From Gammaproteobacteria bacterium (GTDB lineage: Bacteria > Pseudomonadota > Gammaproteobacteria > Steroidobacterales > UBA11654), in NCBI GenBank assembly GCA_002717445.1, contig PBDY01000027.1:32747-96746 (forward strand): a stretch of 64,000 nucleotides of DNA. The letters are read 5' to 3'. Within the stretch, counting starts at the first letter, position 1. Each line of letters opens with the position of its first letter. The notes under the pieces are model-generated. The model made no database searches, had not been told where the DNA came from, and saw only the letters and a program-made list of their open reading frames with translations. This document shows positions 1-9,764 of this stretch, one piece after another. The position numbers were made by a program, and so were the translations under genes.

Positions 1-2
1 CA

Positions 3-407
3 AAATTAATAAGAGTCGTTGACGGTGATACCGTTGATGCAGAGATAGATTTAGGATTCGGAGTATTTATGAAATCACGGATTCGTTTAATGGGTATAGA
101 TACCCCAGAAAGTAGAACAAGGAATTTGAATGAGAAGTCTTGGGGGTTAGCATCTAAAGCCAGATTAAAAGCCCTATTAGAGAGTAAGGAGTTTATCTTA
201 GAGACTAAATTACAGAAGAAAGGAAAGTTTGGACGAGTACTTGGTACTCTAAGAACAATTAAAGATGGATTTGATATAAATCAATTATTAATAAGTGAAG
301 GACTTGCAATACCATATGAAGGTGGTAATAAAGATGATGCAAGAAAGAAATATGGAGTTTTAGAATTATGGAACACACCACACCAGTCGCAACCACGCCA
401 GACATAG
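3..407 (+). CDS. Thermonuclease (SNase-like) family protein, 5'-truncated by window edge
   Basis: The frame is open from position 3: KLIRVVDGDTVDAEIDLGFG...RIRLMGIDTPE...KFGRVLG, which are the SNase motifs VxDGDT and RLxGIDTPE. Confidence 0.85.
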   Translation, partial: KLIRVVDGDTVDAEIDLGFGVFMKSRIRLMGIDTPESRTRNLNEKSWGLASKARLKALLESKEFILETKLQKKGKFGRVLGTLRTIKDGFDINQLLISEGLAIPYEGGNKDDARKKYGVLELWNTPHQSQPRQT

Positions 408-727
408 ATAACGACTACGTAGCAATACGTAAAAAACTTTACGACTTATCAGGACAAGGAGATGAAGCAATCGAATTGATGTTGGAAGTTGCAAGAGAGA
501 GCGAACACCCAAGAGCATTTGAAGTACTAGGTCAGTTAATAAAACAAAATGCTGAGATAGCAGAGAAGTTAATGAAACTCCAGAAAAGTAAGAAGGAGAT
601 AATGAATCTAGATAAAATACCTGGATTAGAACACCAGACGAACAATGTGTTTGTTGGTAGTACTGCAGAATTACAGAAAATGTTGCGAGATGAGATAGTG
701 ATTGATGCTGAAAATAAACCCACTTAA
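368..727 (+). CDS. gp16: Terminase small subunit (T4 gp16-like)
   Basis: ESEHPRAFEVLGQLIK and NNVFVGSTAELQKML motifs; lies upstream of gp17. Confidence 0.85.
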   Translation: MEHTTPVATTPDIDNDYVAIRKKLYDLSGQGDEAIELMLEVARESEHPRAFEVLGQLIKQNAEIAEKLMKLQKSKKEIMNLDKIPGLEHQTNNVFVGSTAELQKMLRDEIVIDAENKPT

Positions 728-1394
728 AATATATATCGGATACGATAGTCGTGAACATGATGCATGGCATACGTGTGTTGATTCTATAATGAAATACGCA
801 AAATCCCCAGTTGCGATAATTCCCCTCAAATATGAAAACCTACCATACTTCGATAGGGAATGGGATTCTCAACAATCGAATTCATTTGCATTTACTAGGT
901 TTCTTGTACCATACTTAAATGGTTATCAAGGATTTGCTATCTTTATGGATTGTGATATGATGTTAAGAACTGATATAAATGAGGTTATGGAAAAGGTTAA
1001 TTTCACTAATAATCTTTGGGGTAATCCAAAAGCAGTATCCGTAGTTAAACACGACTATATACCAAAGAATAAAAAGAAATATCTAGGTGCAACACAATAT
1101 GCATATCCAAGAAAGAATTGGTCGTCGTTTGTAGTATGGAATTGTGGACACCCTAGCAATTGGGATTTAACTCCCCAAGTAGTAAACACACAAACAGGAA
1201 AGTACTTGCATAGATTTGAATGGTTAAGTGATGATGAAATAGGGAGTCTTGATGTTAAATGGAATTGGTTAGTGGGGGAATATGATAATCCACCAGATGA
1301 TGTAAAGAATGTACATTGGACAGTTGGTGGCCCATGGTTTGATGAATTTAAAAATGTAGACTTTTCTGACGAGTGGCGTAGTTATGGCAGATAA
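702..1394 (+). CDS. GT-A fold glycosyltransferase (GT8-like)
   Basis: IYIGYDSRE, FTRFLVPYL, DCD (DxD motif), YPRKNWSS, HWTVGGPW. Confidence 0.75.
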   Translation: MMLKINPLKIYIGYDSREHDAWHTCVDSIMKYAKSPVAIIPLKYENLPYFDREWDSQQSNSFAFTRFLVPYLNGYQGFAIFMDCDMMLRTDINEVMEKVNFTNNLWGNPKAVSVVKHDYIPKNKKKYLGATQYAYPRKNWSSFVVWNCGHPSNWDLTPQVVNTQTGKYLHRFEWLSDDEIGSLDVKWNWLVGEYDNPPDDVKNVHWTVGGPWFDEFKNVDFSDEWRSYGR

Positions 1395-2961
1395 TCCGGA
1401 AAATAAATATCTAGGAAATCCTAGAGTCAGGGGTGCAGACATTGAACACCCGTGGAATAAGGACGAACTTAAAGAATACAAGAAGTGTATGGACGACCCT
1501 GTATACTTCGCAAGGCATTATTGTAAGGTTATTCACTTGGATAAAGGATTAGTACCCTTTGACCTATACCCATATCAAGAGAAGATGTTTGAACATTTCC
1601 AAACTAATCGTTTCTCTATCATTCTTGCGTGTCGTCAATCAGGTAAATCAATAAGTACGGTTGCATATCTTTTATGGTATATCCTATTCAAAGGTGAACA
1701 AGTGGTTGGTATCCTTGCGAATAAAGCTGCAACTTCTCGTGAGATGTTAGGACGAGTTACTCTAATGTTAGAGAACATTCCTTTCTTCCTACAACCCGGT
1801 TGTAAGGCACTCAACAAAGGTTCTATAGAATTCTCTAATAACTCTAGAATCATTGCATCATCTACTACTGCGAGTTCTATTCGTGGTATGTCAATGAATC
1901 TCGTATATCTAGATGAGTTTGCGTTTGTCGATAGAGATGTGGAATTCTATACATCTACCTATCCTGTAATCTCGTCTGGTGAAACAACAAAGGTAATTAT
2001 TACCTCTACTAGGAATGGTGTGAATAATATGTTCAATCAAATATACGAAGGTGCAATGAATGGAACAAATGAATTCAAACCATTTAGAGTTGATTGGTGG
2101 GACGTTCCCGGCAGAGATGATAAATGGAAAGAAGAAACAATAAGTAACACTTCAGAAATGCAATTCAATCAGGAGTTCGGTAATGAGATTATCGGTGCTG
2201 GAAATACTCTGATTAATGCAGAAACATTAATGAAGTTAATATGGGTAGACCCCCAAACATATAGTAATAATGTTAATGTATACGAAGAACCCATAGAAGA
2301 ACATAAGTATCTTATGTTTGTTGATGTATCTAAAGGTCGTGGAATGGATTACTCCACTTTTAATATAATAGATGTAACAGAAGAAGTGTTTAAACAAGTT
2401 GCAGTATTCAGGAATAATACTACTTCACCTTTAATATTTCCAGACATTATATACAAGTGGGCGACACATTATAATCAATGTTATGTTGTAATCGAGAACA
2501 ATGACCAAGGTTCAGTTGTATGTAATGGACTTCATTACGATTTAGAATACGAGAATGTTTATGCAGAGTCTTTGATTAAGTCATCTGCAATTGGGGTCAC
2601 AATGTCAAAGAAGGTTAAGAGAATTGGTTGTTCCAATATAAAAGATATAATGGAAAGGGGAAAGTTAATTGTGTATGACCAAGATACGATAGTAGAAATG
2701 TCATCTTTCGTTGAGAAGGGTAAATCATATGAAGCAGACCATCACGGACACGACGATTTAATGATGAATCTAGTATTATTTGGGTGGTTCACTACAACAC
2801 CATTCTTTGAAGATGCAACAAATGTCAATATGAAAAGTTTCCTATATAAAGAGAAACTTAAACAAATAGAAGAAGATATGCTACCTATTGGTAGTTTATT
2901 CAATGATGGTAGAGAAGAATCAAACCCCCTAGGGGAAGGTTGGAAAGTATGGAAAGGATAA
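1384..2961 (+). CDS. gp17: Terminase large subunit
   Basis: RQSGKS Walker A, YLDEFAF Walker B, C-terminal nuclease motifs VDVSKGRGMDYS and HDDLMM. Confidence 0.97.
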   Translation: MADNPENKYLGNPRVRGADIEHPWNKDELKEYKKCMDDPVYFARHYCKVIHLDKGLVPFDLYPYQEKMFEHFQTNRFSIILACRQSGKSISTVAYLLWYILFKGEQVVGILANKAATSREMLGRVTLMLENIPFFLQPGCKALNKGSIEFSNNSRIIASSTTASSIRGMSMNLVYLDEFAFVDRDVEFYTSTYPVISSGETTKVIITSTRNGVNNMFNQIYEGAMNGTNEFKPFRVDWWDVPGRDDKWKEETISNTSEMQFNQEFGNEIIGAGNTLINAETLMKLIWVDPQTYSNNVNVYEEPIEEHKYLMFVDVSKGRGMDYSTFNIIDVTEEVFKQVAVFRNNTTSPLIFPDIIYKWATHYNQCYVVIENNDQGSVVCNGLHYDLEYENVYAESLIKSSAIGVTMSKKVKRIGCSNIKDIMERGKLIVYDQDTIVEMSSFVEKGKSYEADHHGHDDLMMNLVLFGWFTTTPFFEDATNVNMKSFLYKEKLKQIEEDMLPIGSLFNDGREESNPLGEGWKVWKG

Positions 2962-2966
2962 AATCA

Positions 2967-3587
2967 ATGAAAGGAGTTTTAGGTTATGACTCAAAGGTAG
3001 ATGAGTTATATGGTAAATCACAATCAGAGTTATATGACGGAAAAATCTTTCATATCGGATTGGATTATAATTCGTGGATGAAGAAGGTTGGGTGGTTTGA
3101 AGGCCCTATACTTTGGACTTCAAATTGGATTAGAGATAACATATCATTGGGTACAGAAATCGCAGATGTCGCTTGTGGGAATGGACAGATAGGACTTGGA
3201 TTAAGAAACCACGATTATATTATAGATGGATATGATTTAAATCCGAATATGTTACAGAGATTTGAAGCAACTAACTATCGTGATTTGTTTGAACACGATA
3301 TGATGGAGAATCCATTACCCAGAAAATACGAATGTATAACGGTAATAGGTGCATTTAATCCCTCACATCTTCCTGTTGAAACCTTAGAAATGGTTAGAGA
3401 TTCCTTAACAGATGATGGTAAACTTGTATGTACAATCTCAGACGGTGATTTCTTTAAGGGTTGGCAGAACGCACAACAGAAGTGGTTAAATCTAGATTCC
3501 TATGATTATATACCCTCAATATTGATAGATGGTGAACAATCACACCACTTTATGTGTGTATTTAGTCGTAAAAACGATAATGTATAA
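2967..3587 (+). CDS. Class I SAM-dependent methyltransferase
   Basis: Motif I ADVACGNGQIG and DGYDLNPNML; the start could be 2940 or 2967. Confidence 0.75.
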   Translation: MKGVLGYDSKVDELYGKSQSELYDGKIFHIGLDYNSWMKKVGWFEGPILWTSNWIRDNISLGTEIADVACGNGQIGLGLRNHDYIIDGYDLNPNMLQRFEATNYRDLFEHDMMENPLPRKYECITVIGAFNPSHLPVETLEMVRDSLTDDGKLVCTISDGDFFKGWQNAQQKWLNLDSYDYIPSILIDGEQSHHFMCVFSRKNDNV

Positions 3588-3590
3588 ATA
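3583..3590 (+). promoter_or_regulatory. T4-type late promoter TATAAATA (tail sheath operon)
   Basis: Exact TATAAATA 60 nt upstream of gp18; gp55 is encoded in the window. Confidence 0.8.
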
Positions 3591-3649
3591 ATGGTAGTGA
3601 ATAAAAATCGTATTATGTAAATTTCTTATAATTAATAGGGGTAAAAAAC

Positions 3650-5323
3650 ATGGCATTTCTAGTCTCGCCTGGTGTACAGGTAAAAGAAATAGATTTGACC
3701 AATGTGGTGCCAGCAGTTTCATCTAGTACGGGTGGAATCGCAGGTTCGTTTCAATGGGGGCCAGTAGATGAAATAACTACTGTAAGTTCAGAGAAACAAT
3801 TGGTTGAACTATTTGGACAGCCAGATGACAACACTTATCATAGTGTTATATCCGCTGCCCAATTTTTAAGCTACGGGAACACATTACGTGTTGTCCGTGG
3901 GGTAGGTACTTCAGCTCTGAACGCAACTTCAGGTGGAAGTGGTCTACTAGTAAAAAACGATACTCATGCCACTAGTGTTACAGGTCAGGATGTGGTTGCA
4001 AGATATCCTGGAACAACTGGTAATAATATTGGCGTATCAATATGTCCCGCTTCAACTTCGGCCTTTGCGGCTTGGGATTGGGCGAGTCATTTTTCTGCTG
4101 CTCCAGACACATCTTCGGGTGCGACTGCAGTAGGTGGAAGCAAAGACGAATTACACGTAGTCGTTTATGACTCTCTTGGTGGTATCACCGGAACTCAAAA
4201 CGAAATATTAGAAACGTATTCGTTCCTTTCTCAAGGTTCAGATGCGAAGGATTCGTCAGGTTCAAGTAACTATGCAAAAAATGTTATCAATAACAAGTCA
4301 GAGTGGATTCGAATTGTAGACGGACTTACTGGTCTATCTAACTTCGGAGCTGCACTTGCTTCACAGACTTTTGATGTAACAGTCGAAGGTTCTACTGATG
4401 GCGACTATGTTGATGTACTTCAACACGGTGTTGATGACAACGTATTAACAGCAGGTGAAACAACAACTGCTCTTGATATGTTTGCTGATGCAGAAACAGT
4501 TGATGTTTCTCTACTAATGATGTCAAACGCTAATCTTTCTTCTACCGATTCAACAACTGTATGTAATAAGTTGATTGCAATGGCAGAAGCACGTAAAGAT
4601 TGTGTTGCGTTTGTATCACCTTACTTCTCTGCCGATACGGCTGCAGAAGTAAAAACATGGGCTGCTACACTAACACACTCATCTTACGCATTTGCAGATT
4701 CTTCTGCATTGTATGTGTATGATAAGTATAATGATGTGTATCGCTGGTTAGGTGCATCTGCCTCAATGGCAGGTTTATGTGCAAATGCAGATTTAACTGC
4801 AGATGCGTGGTTCTCTCCAGCAGGATTCACACGAGGTAATGTTCGTAACGTTACTAAGTTAGCGTACAATCCAAATCAGTCAGATAGAGATGATTTATAC
4901 AAAGTTGGTATTAACCCGATTGTAACATTTCCGGGTCAAGGTACAGTTTTATATGGTGACAAGACATTACAAACTAAACCAAGTGCGTTTGATAGAATCA
5001 ATGTTCGTAGATTGTTCATTGTTCTTGAGAAGGCAGTATCGACTGCAAGTAAAGCTTCTTTATTTGAGTTTAATGATGAGTTTACAAGGGCGCAGTTCCG
5101 TAATATGGTAGAACCATTCTTACGTGATGTTAAAGGTCGTCGTGGTATCACAGACTTTAAAGTAGTATGTGATGACACCAACAATACTGGTAACATTATT
5201 GATACCAATAGGTTTGTTGCAGACATTTATATCAAACCAGCTCGTTCTATCAACTTCATCACACTTAACTTTATCGCCACGAGAACTGGTGTAGAGTTTA
5301 GTGAAGTAGCAGGGGGTGAATAA
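3650..5323 (+). CDS. gp18: Tail sheath protein
   Basis: MAFLVSPGVQVKEIDLT start, WFSPAG, FDRINVRRLF, FEFNDEFTR. Confidence 0.97.
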   Translation: MAFLVSPGVQVKEIDLTNVVPAVSSSTGGIAGSFQWGPVDEITTVSSEKQLVELFGQPDDNTYHSVISAAQFLSYGNTLRVVRGVGTSALNATSGGSGLLVKNDTHATSVTGQDVVARYPGTTGNNIGVSICPASTSAFAAWDWASHFSAAPDTSSGATAVGGSKDELHVVVYDSLGGITGTQNEILETYSFLSQGSDAKDSSGSSNYAKNVINNKSEWIRIVDGLTGLSNFGAALASQTFDVTVEGSTDGDYVDVLQHGVDDNVLTAGETTTALDMFADAETVDVSLLMMSNANLSSTDSTTVCNKLIAMAEARKDCVAFVSPYFSADTAAEVKTWAATLTHSSYAFADSSALYVYDKYNDVYRWLGASASMAGLCANADLTADAWFSPAGFTRGNVRNVTKLAYNPNQSDRDDLYKVGINPIVTFPGQGTVLYGDKTLQTKPSAFDRINVRRLFIVLEKAVSTASKASLFEFNDEFTRAQFRNMVEPFLRDVKGRRGITDFKVVCDDTNNTGNIIDTNRFVADIYIKPARSINFITLNFIATRTGVEFSEVAGGE

Positions 5324-5850
5324 TGGCACAATTAGGAGTAGATGATTTCAAAGCGAAATTAACTGGTGGTGGTGCAAGAGCCAATCTATACCAAGTGACA
5401 TTAGGTTTTCCAGCCTATGTTACCGCTGATGTAGAAGGTGCATCATTCATGGTCAAGAGTGCTCAATTGCCGGGTTCTACAATTGGAGTGATTCCTGTAA
5501 TGTTCAGGGGTCGTCAATTGCAAGTTGCTGGTGATAGAACATTTGAACCGTGGTCTATAACTGTTATTAATGACACTAACTTTGATGTTCGTAATTCTTT
5601 TGAGGAGTGGATGAACGGTATTAACCAACACAATGCTAATACTGGTCTAACTGCACCAAGTGACTACATGGCTGACATGGAAGTCGCTCAATTGGATAAA
5701 GACGGAACGAAAGTTAAGACTTATAATATCCGAGGTTGTTTCCCAACTGTACTGGGGCCTATTGAGGTATCCTATGAACAGGAAGGAACAATTGAAGAAT
5801 TTACAGTAGAACTACAAGTTACTTATTGGGAATCCGATAAAACTACGTAA
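5323..5850 (+). CDS. gp19: Tail tube protein
   Basis: GGGARANL, FRGRQLQVAGDRTFEPW; follows gp18. Confidence 0.95.
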   Translation: MAQLGVDDFKAKLTGGGARANLYQVTLGFPAYVTADVEGASFMVKSAQLPGSTIGVIPVMFRGRQLQVAGDRTFEPWSITVINDTNFDVRNSFEEWMNGINQHNANTGLTAPSDYMADMEVAQLDKDGTKVKTYNIRGCFPTVLGPIEVSYEQEGTIEEFTVELQVTYWESDKTT

Positions 5851-5861
5851 ATAACAATATC

Positions 5862-5883
5862 TGGCCTCTTGAAAGAGAGGCCA
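5862..5883 (+). terminator. Stem-loop after gp19 (terminator or stabiliser)
   Basis: TGGCCTCT-TGAAAG-AGAGGCCA inverted repeat; no U-tract. Confidence 0.5.
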
Positions 5884-5892
5884 AATAATGTA

Positions 5893-5900
5893 TATAAATA
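5893..5900 (+). promoter_or_regulatory. Late promoter TATAAATA (portal)
   Basis: Exact motif 30 nt upstream of gp20. Confidence 0.8.
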
Positions 5901-5930
5901 AAAGTACATTAACTTAAGTTAAGAGAATCT

Positions 5931-7421
5931 ATGGCAGAAAACGACAGAAGTTTATTTGGCTTCCAAATCAAACGAAAGAAAACGGCTGAGGATAAAGTTG
6001 CGAAGACATTTACGAGAGATGAGGAAGATGGTTCGTACGAAATATCCCCCACAGGTGGTTACTTTGGACAATACTTAGATATCAATGGCGACCAGTTTAA
6101 GACTGACGTTGACCTAATATTAAAGTATCGTCAAATCACAACATATCCAGAAATAGATGCGGCTATCGAAGATATAGTCAATGAGTCTATTACTAAGCCC
6201 GAAGGTGGTTCAATCGTAGAATTGAATACAGAGGATTTAGAACAAGCGGATAATGTTAAAAAACTAATTACAGAGGAATTTGATAACATAGTCAAAATCC
6301 TCGACTTTAATAATAAGGGTTATGATTTATTCAGACGTTGGTATACTGACGGACGATTATTCTTCCACGTTATTATTAACGAGAAGGGTGAGTCTGGTAT
6401 CAAGGAATTGAAACAAGTAGACCCTACTAAAATCAGGAAAGTAAAAGAGGTTGAGAAGGTTAAAGACCCTAAAACTGGTGCAGAGTTACTTCGTACCGTT
6501 GGGGAATACTACCTTTATCAAGATGACAGTATGAATCAAACAGGGGAAGGTTTAAAGATATCCCCAGATGCAATCATACAAGTTAACTCAGGATTACTCA
6601 ACGAGAAAAGAGATAAGGTAATTGGGTATCTACATAAGGCACTCAAACCAATGAACCAACTATCTATGATGGAAGATTCAATGGTTATCTATCGTATATC
6701 TCGTGCGCCTGAAAGACGAATTTTTTATATTGATGTTGGTAACCTTCCAAAAGGAAAGGCAGAAGAATACCTCAACAATACAATGAACAAGTATCGCAAC
6801 AAGATTGTATACGACCCTACAACAGGTGATTTAAAAGACGAGAGAGACCATAAGAGTATTATGGAAGATTTCTGGTTACCACGTAGGGAAGGTGGTAGAG
6901 GTACAGAGATTACTACACTTCCTGGTGGTCAAAACCTAGGTGAAGTAGAAGATGTACAGTATTTCCAGACCAAACTATATAGGTCTTTGAATGTACCAAT
7001 GTCAAGATTGGAAAATGATGCAGTATTCCAAGTTGGTCGTTCTTCAGAAATAACCAGAGATGAACTTAAGTTTCAAAAGTTCATTGATAGAATCCGGATT
7101 AAATTCAATGGTTTATTTATGCAGGCCCTTGAAAGACAACTTATCCTTAAAAAGATTATTGTTCCGTCTGATTGGCCTGAGATTAAATCACAGATATCTA
7201 TTGATTTCTCTAGGGATAACCACTATGCAGAACTTAAAGATACAGAAGTATTGACTGCAAGACTAGAAGTACTTGCATTAATGGACGAGTATGTAGGTAC
7301 ATATTACTCGAAAGAATGGGTAAAACGTAACATTTTGCGTCAAGATGATGACCTAATGAAGGAAATCGAGAAACAAAATGAGGAAGACCCAGCAACTGAT
7401 GAAGAAGATGAGGATATGTAA
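5931..7421 (+). CDS. gp20: Portal vertex protein
   Basis: YRISRAPERRIFYIDVGNLPK, EDFWLPRREGGRGTEITTLPGGQNLG. Confidence 0.98.
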   Translation: MAENDRSLFGFQIKRKKTAEDKVAKTFTRDEEDGSYEISPTGGYFGQYLDINGDQFKTDVDLILKYRQITTYPEIDAAIEDIVNESITKPEGGSIVELNTEDLEQADNVKKLITEEFDNIVKILDFNNKGYDLFRRWYTDGRLFFHVIINEKGESGIKELKQVDPTKIRKVKEVEKVKDPKTGAELLRTVGEYYLYQDDSMNQTGEGLKISPDAIIQVNSGLLNEKRDKVIGYLHKALKPMNQLSMMEDSMVIYRISRAPERRIFYIDVGNLPKGKAEEYLNNTMNKYRNKIVYDPTTGDLKDERDHKSIMEDFWLPRREGGRGTEITTLPGGQNLGEVEDVQYFQTKLYRSLNVPMSRLENDAVFQVGRSSEITRDELKFQKFIDRIRIKFNGLFMQALERQLILKKIIVPSDWPEIKSQISIDFSRDNHYAELKDTEVLTARLEVLALMDEYVGTYYSKEWVKRNILRQDDDLMKEIEKQNEEDPATDEEDEDM

Positions 7422-7451
7422 TGCATAAATAGTATGCGAAATCACAAATTT

Positions 7452-7459
7452 TATAAATA
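7452..7459 (+). promoter_or_regulatory. Late promoter TATAAATA (prohead core operon)
   Basis: Exact motif upstream of the 7477 ORF. Confidence 0.8.
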
Positions 7460-7476
7460 TATTATACGGAGACAGT

Positions 7477-7707
7477 ATGAGCATTGACGAATTAATTGGT
7501 AATGTAAAAAAGGGAGACGTTCAATCGTCTAATAACAGTTTCAACACACTTATGGCAGATAAAATAAATTCTGCTTTAGATGGAAAGAGACAAGAAATCG
7601 CTCAAGGTATGTACGGAGAAGAAGTTCCTGTAGAGGAACCAGCGGATACTGAAGTAGCGGTGGAAGAACCTACAGCAGAGGAAACACCGAGTAGTGAAGA
7701 CGTTTAA
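7477..7707 (+). CDS. Prohead core protein (gp67-like)
   Basis: Small acidic protein between gp20 and gp21 (T4 synteny). Confidence 0.6.
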   Translation: MSIDELIGNVKKGDVQSSNNSFNTLMADKINSALDGKRQEIAQGMYGEEVPVEEPADTEVAVEEPTAEETPSSEDV

Positions 7708-7933
7708 AGAATCTTTCGACATTATAATTGAAAAGAAAATGAAACTGCCATCTGGTGAGAAGGTAGTTAAAGAATTATCTCGTTTGGGTAAAAAGAAGAA
7801 CGTTAATGCTGTTATTAGTAAGAAAGGTTCGAAGTTTAACCTATATGTGGACGGTCAGATGGTTGACGGTTTCAAAGACGAGAAGTCTGCCGATAAGGCA
7901 CTAAAAGAATTTATTAAAGTTATGGGTATTTGA
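7694..7933 (+). CDS. Small basic head protein (gp68 position)
   Basis: Synteny; N-terminus MKTFKESFDIIIE resembles a capsid-targeting sequence. Confidence 0.5.
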   Translation: MKTFKESFDIIIEKKMKLPSGEKVVKELSRLGKKKNVNAVISKKGSKFNLYVDGQMVDGFKDEKSADKALKEFIKVMGI

Positions 7934-7956
7934 AGAAATTAATAAAAGGAACTAAT

Positions 7957-8643
7957 ATGAAGTTAATCGCAGAATACACAGATACAGACCTTGGTTACTC
8001 AATAACTGAAGATGCAAAGAGCGGTAAGAAGAATGTTTTTATCGAAGGAGTCTTTATGTCTGCTGAATCCAAGAACAGAAATGGAAGAATTTATTCCAAG
8101 AAGGTTCTTGAGAAAGCAATTGAGAAATATAATCAAGACCAAGTAATTACAGGTCGTGCAGTTGGTGAGTTGAATCACCCTGACGGCCCATCTATTAATT
8201 TAGATAAAGTTTCTCACAGAATTACCGAACTCAAGTGGGACGGTAACAATGTGATGGGAAAGGCACTAGTTTTGGATACCCCTATGGGTCAGGTCGTTAA
8301 AGGCTTGGTTGAGGGTGGTGTACAACTTGGAGTGTCAAGTCGTGGTATGGGAAGTTTGGAAAGTAAGAATGGAGCTAACTATGTTAAGGATGATTTCCTA
8401 CTTAACACAGTTGATATCGTTCAAGACCCGTCGGCTCAAAATGCGTTCGTTAATGGCATTTATGAGGGGACTAATTGGTCTATGGACGAAGAAGGTCATT
8501 TTATACCTTTCAAGACTGTTGAAGAAGGTGAGACTGAAATGATGGAACCAGAAGTAGTTGAAGAAGAACCTATTGTCGAAGAAATTGTCGATAATAGTAA
8601 ATCTGAAATTGCAGGATTCGAACATTTCCTCTCTAAACTATAA
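7957..8643 (+). CDS. gp21: Prohead core protease
   Basis: MKLIAE start, NRNGRIY, GELNHP, LGVSSRGMGS, DIVQDPSA. Confidence 0.95.
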   Translation: MKLIAEYTDTDLGYSITEDAKSGKKNVFIEGVFMSAESKNRNGRIYSKKVLEKAIEKYNQDQVITGRAVGELNHPDGPSINLDKVSHRITELKWDGNNVMGKALVLDTPMGQVVKGLVEGGVQLGVSSRGMGSLESKNGANYVKDDFLLNTVDIVQDPSAQNAFVNGIYEGTNWSMDEEGHFIPFKTVEEGETEMMEPEVVEEEPIVEEIVDNSKSEIAGFEHFLSKL

Positions 8644-8662
8644 CTCTCTAAAGGAGAATACA

Positions 8663-9748
8663 ATGTCTGAAAAAATTAAAGACGAAGTTGCCGACGAGAC
8701 TGTAGTTGAGGAAACTGTGGAAGAAGTAGTTGAAACTACTAGTGAAACGGAAACACCTTTAACTAAGGCTCGTACGTTATCAGCAATTTATGCTTCTTTA
8801 CAAGAAAAAAGTAAAGAGGAACTTGACGAGTTATTGGAAGCATCAAAGAAGAAAGCAGAAGCTGCTAAAGCGAAAGCTAAAACTGAAGATGATGACGAAG
8901 ATGACGAGGAAGATGATGACGAAGAAGATGAGGGTGATGTAGAAGAAGGCGCTGAACCAAAGACCAAAAAACTTTCTAAGAAGAAAGTTAAAGCGGACGA
9001 CGGTTCGGAAGGCGACGTAGTAGAGAAGAAGGGTAAATTCAAGGAAGATATTGATGCACTTGCTAAAGGTGAAGAATCTCTTTCTGAAGGCTTTAAAGAA
9101 AGAGCTGCCACGATTTTCGAAGCTGCATTACAGGAAAAAACTGCTACTAAAATCGCAGAGTTAGAGGACACTTATGCCTCTGACCTTGCTGAAGAAGTAC
9201 AAGCGGTTAAAGAAGACATGGTAGACAAAGTAGACGGTTATCTTAACTATGTAGTTGAGAACTGGATGAAAGAAAACGAAGTTGCAATTGAGCATTCTTT
9301 GAAATCTGAAATCACAGAATCGTTTATTGAAGCTATGCATGGTGTCTTTACAGAGCATTACATTAATGTTCCAGAAGATAAGGTTGAAATTGTTGATGCC
9401 TTAACTGAGGAACTAACTGATGCTAAAGACCAACTTAACAAGTCTACTGAAGATGCGAAAGAACTATCTGAGAAAGTTAAATCTTTCGAAAGACAAGCTG
9501 TCATATCTGAGGCGTGTGAAGGTCTTGCAAGTACTGAAGCTGCAAAAATTCAGAAGTTATGTGACGGTATAGAAGCCGACGATAACGCTGATTTTGCGAC
9601 TAAAGTTGCAACAATAAAGGAGTCTTACCTTTCTAAGGATACAGCGACGGACGACACAGAAGTGGACGCCATCTCTGAAGACAAAGCAGAAGTTGAAGTA
9701 ACTGACCAAATGGCCAAGTACATCGCTGCTATTAATAAAACCAAGTAA
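8663..9748 (+). CDS. gp22: Prohead scaffold (core) protein
   Basis: AAGGAG RBS before ATG 8663; acidic coiled coil, LSEGFKERAATIFEAA, VDGYLNYVVENWM. Confidence 0.9.
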   Translation: MSEKIKDEVADETVVEETVEEVVETTSETETPLTKARTLSAIYASLQEKSKEELDELLEASKKKAEAAKAKAKTEDDDEDDEEDDDEEDEGDVEEGAEPKTKKLSKKKVKADDGSEGDVVEKKGKFKEDIDALAKGEESLSEGFKERAATIFEAALQEKTATKIAELEDTYASDLAEEVQAVKEDMVDKVDGYLNYVVENWMKENEVAIEHSLKSEITESFIEAMHGVFTEHYINVPEDKVEIVDALTEELTDAKDQLNKSTEDAKELSEKVKSFERQAVISEACEGLASTEAAKIQKLCDGIEADDNADFATKVATIKESYLSKDTATDDTEVDAISEDKAEVEVTDQMAKYIAAINKTK

Positions 9749-9764
9749 TTTTAAAGGAGAAAAC

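Noticed and set aside
8885..8950. GAT/GAC/GAA low-complexity run (similar run at 28970-29210)
   Set aside because: These encode acidic linkers in gp22 and the VWA protein and are not DNA-level repeat elements.
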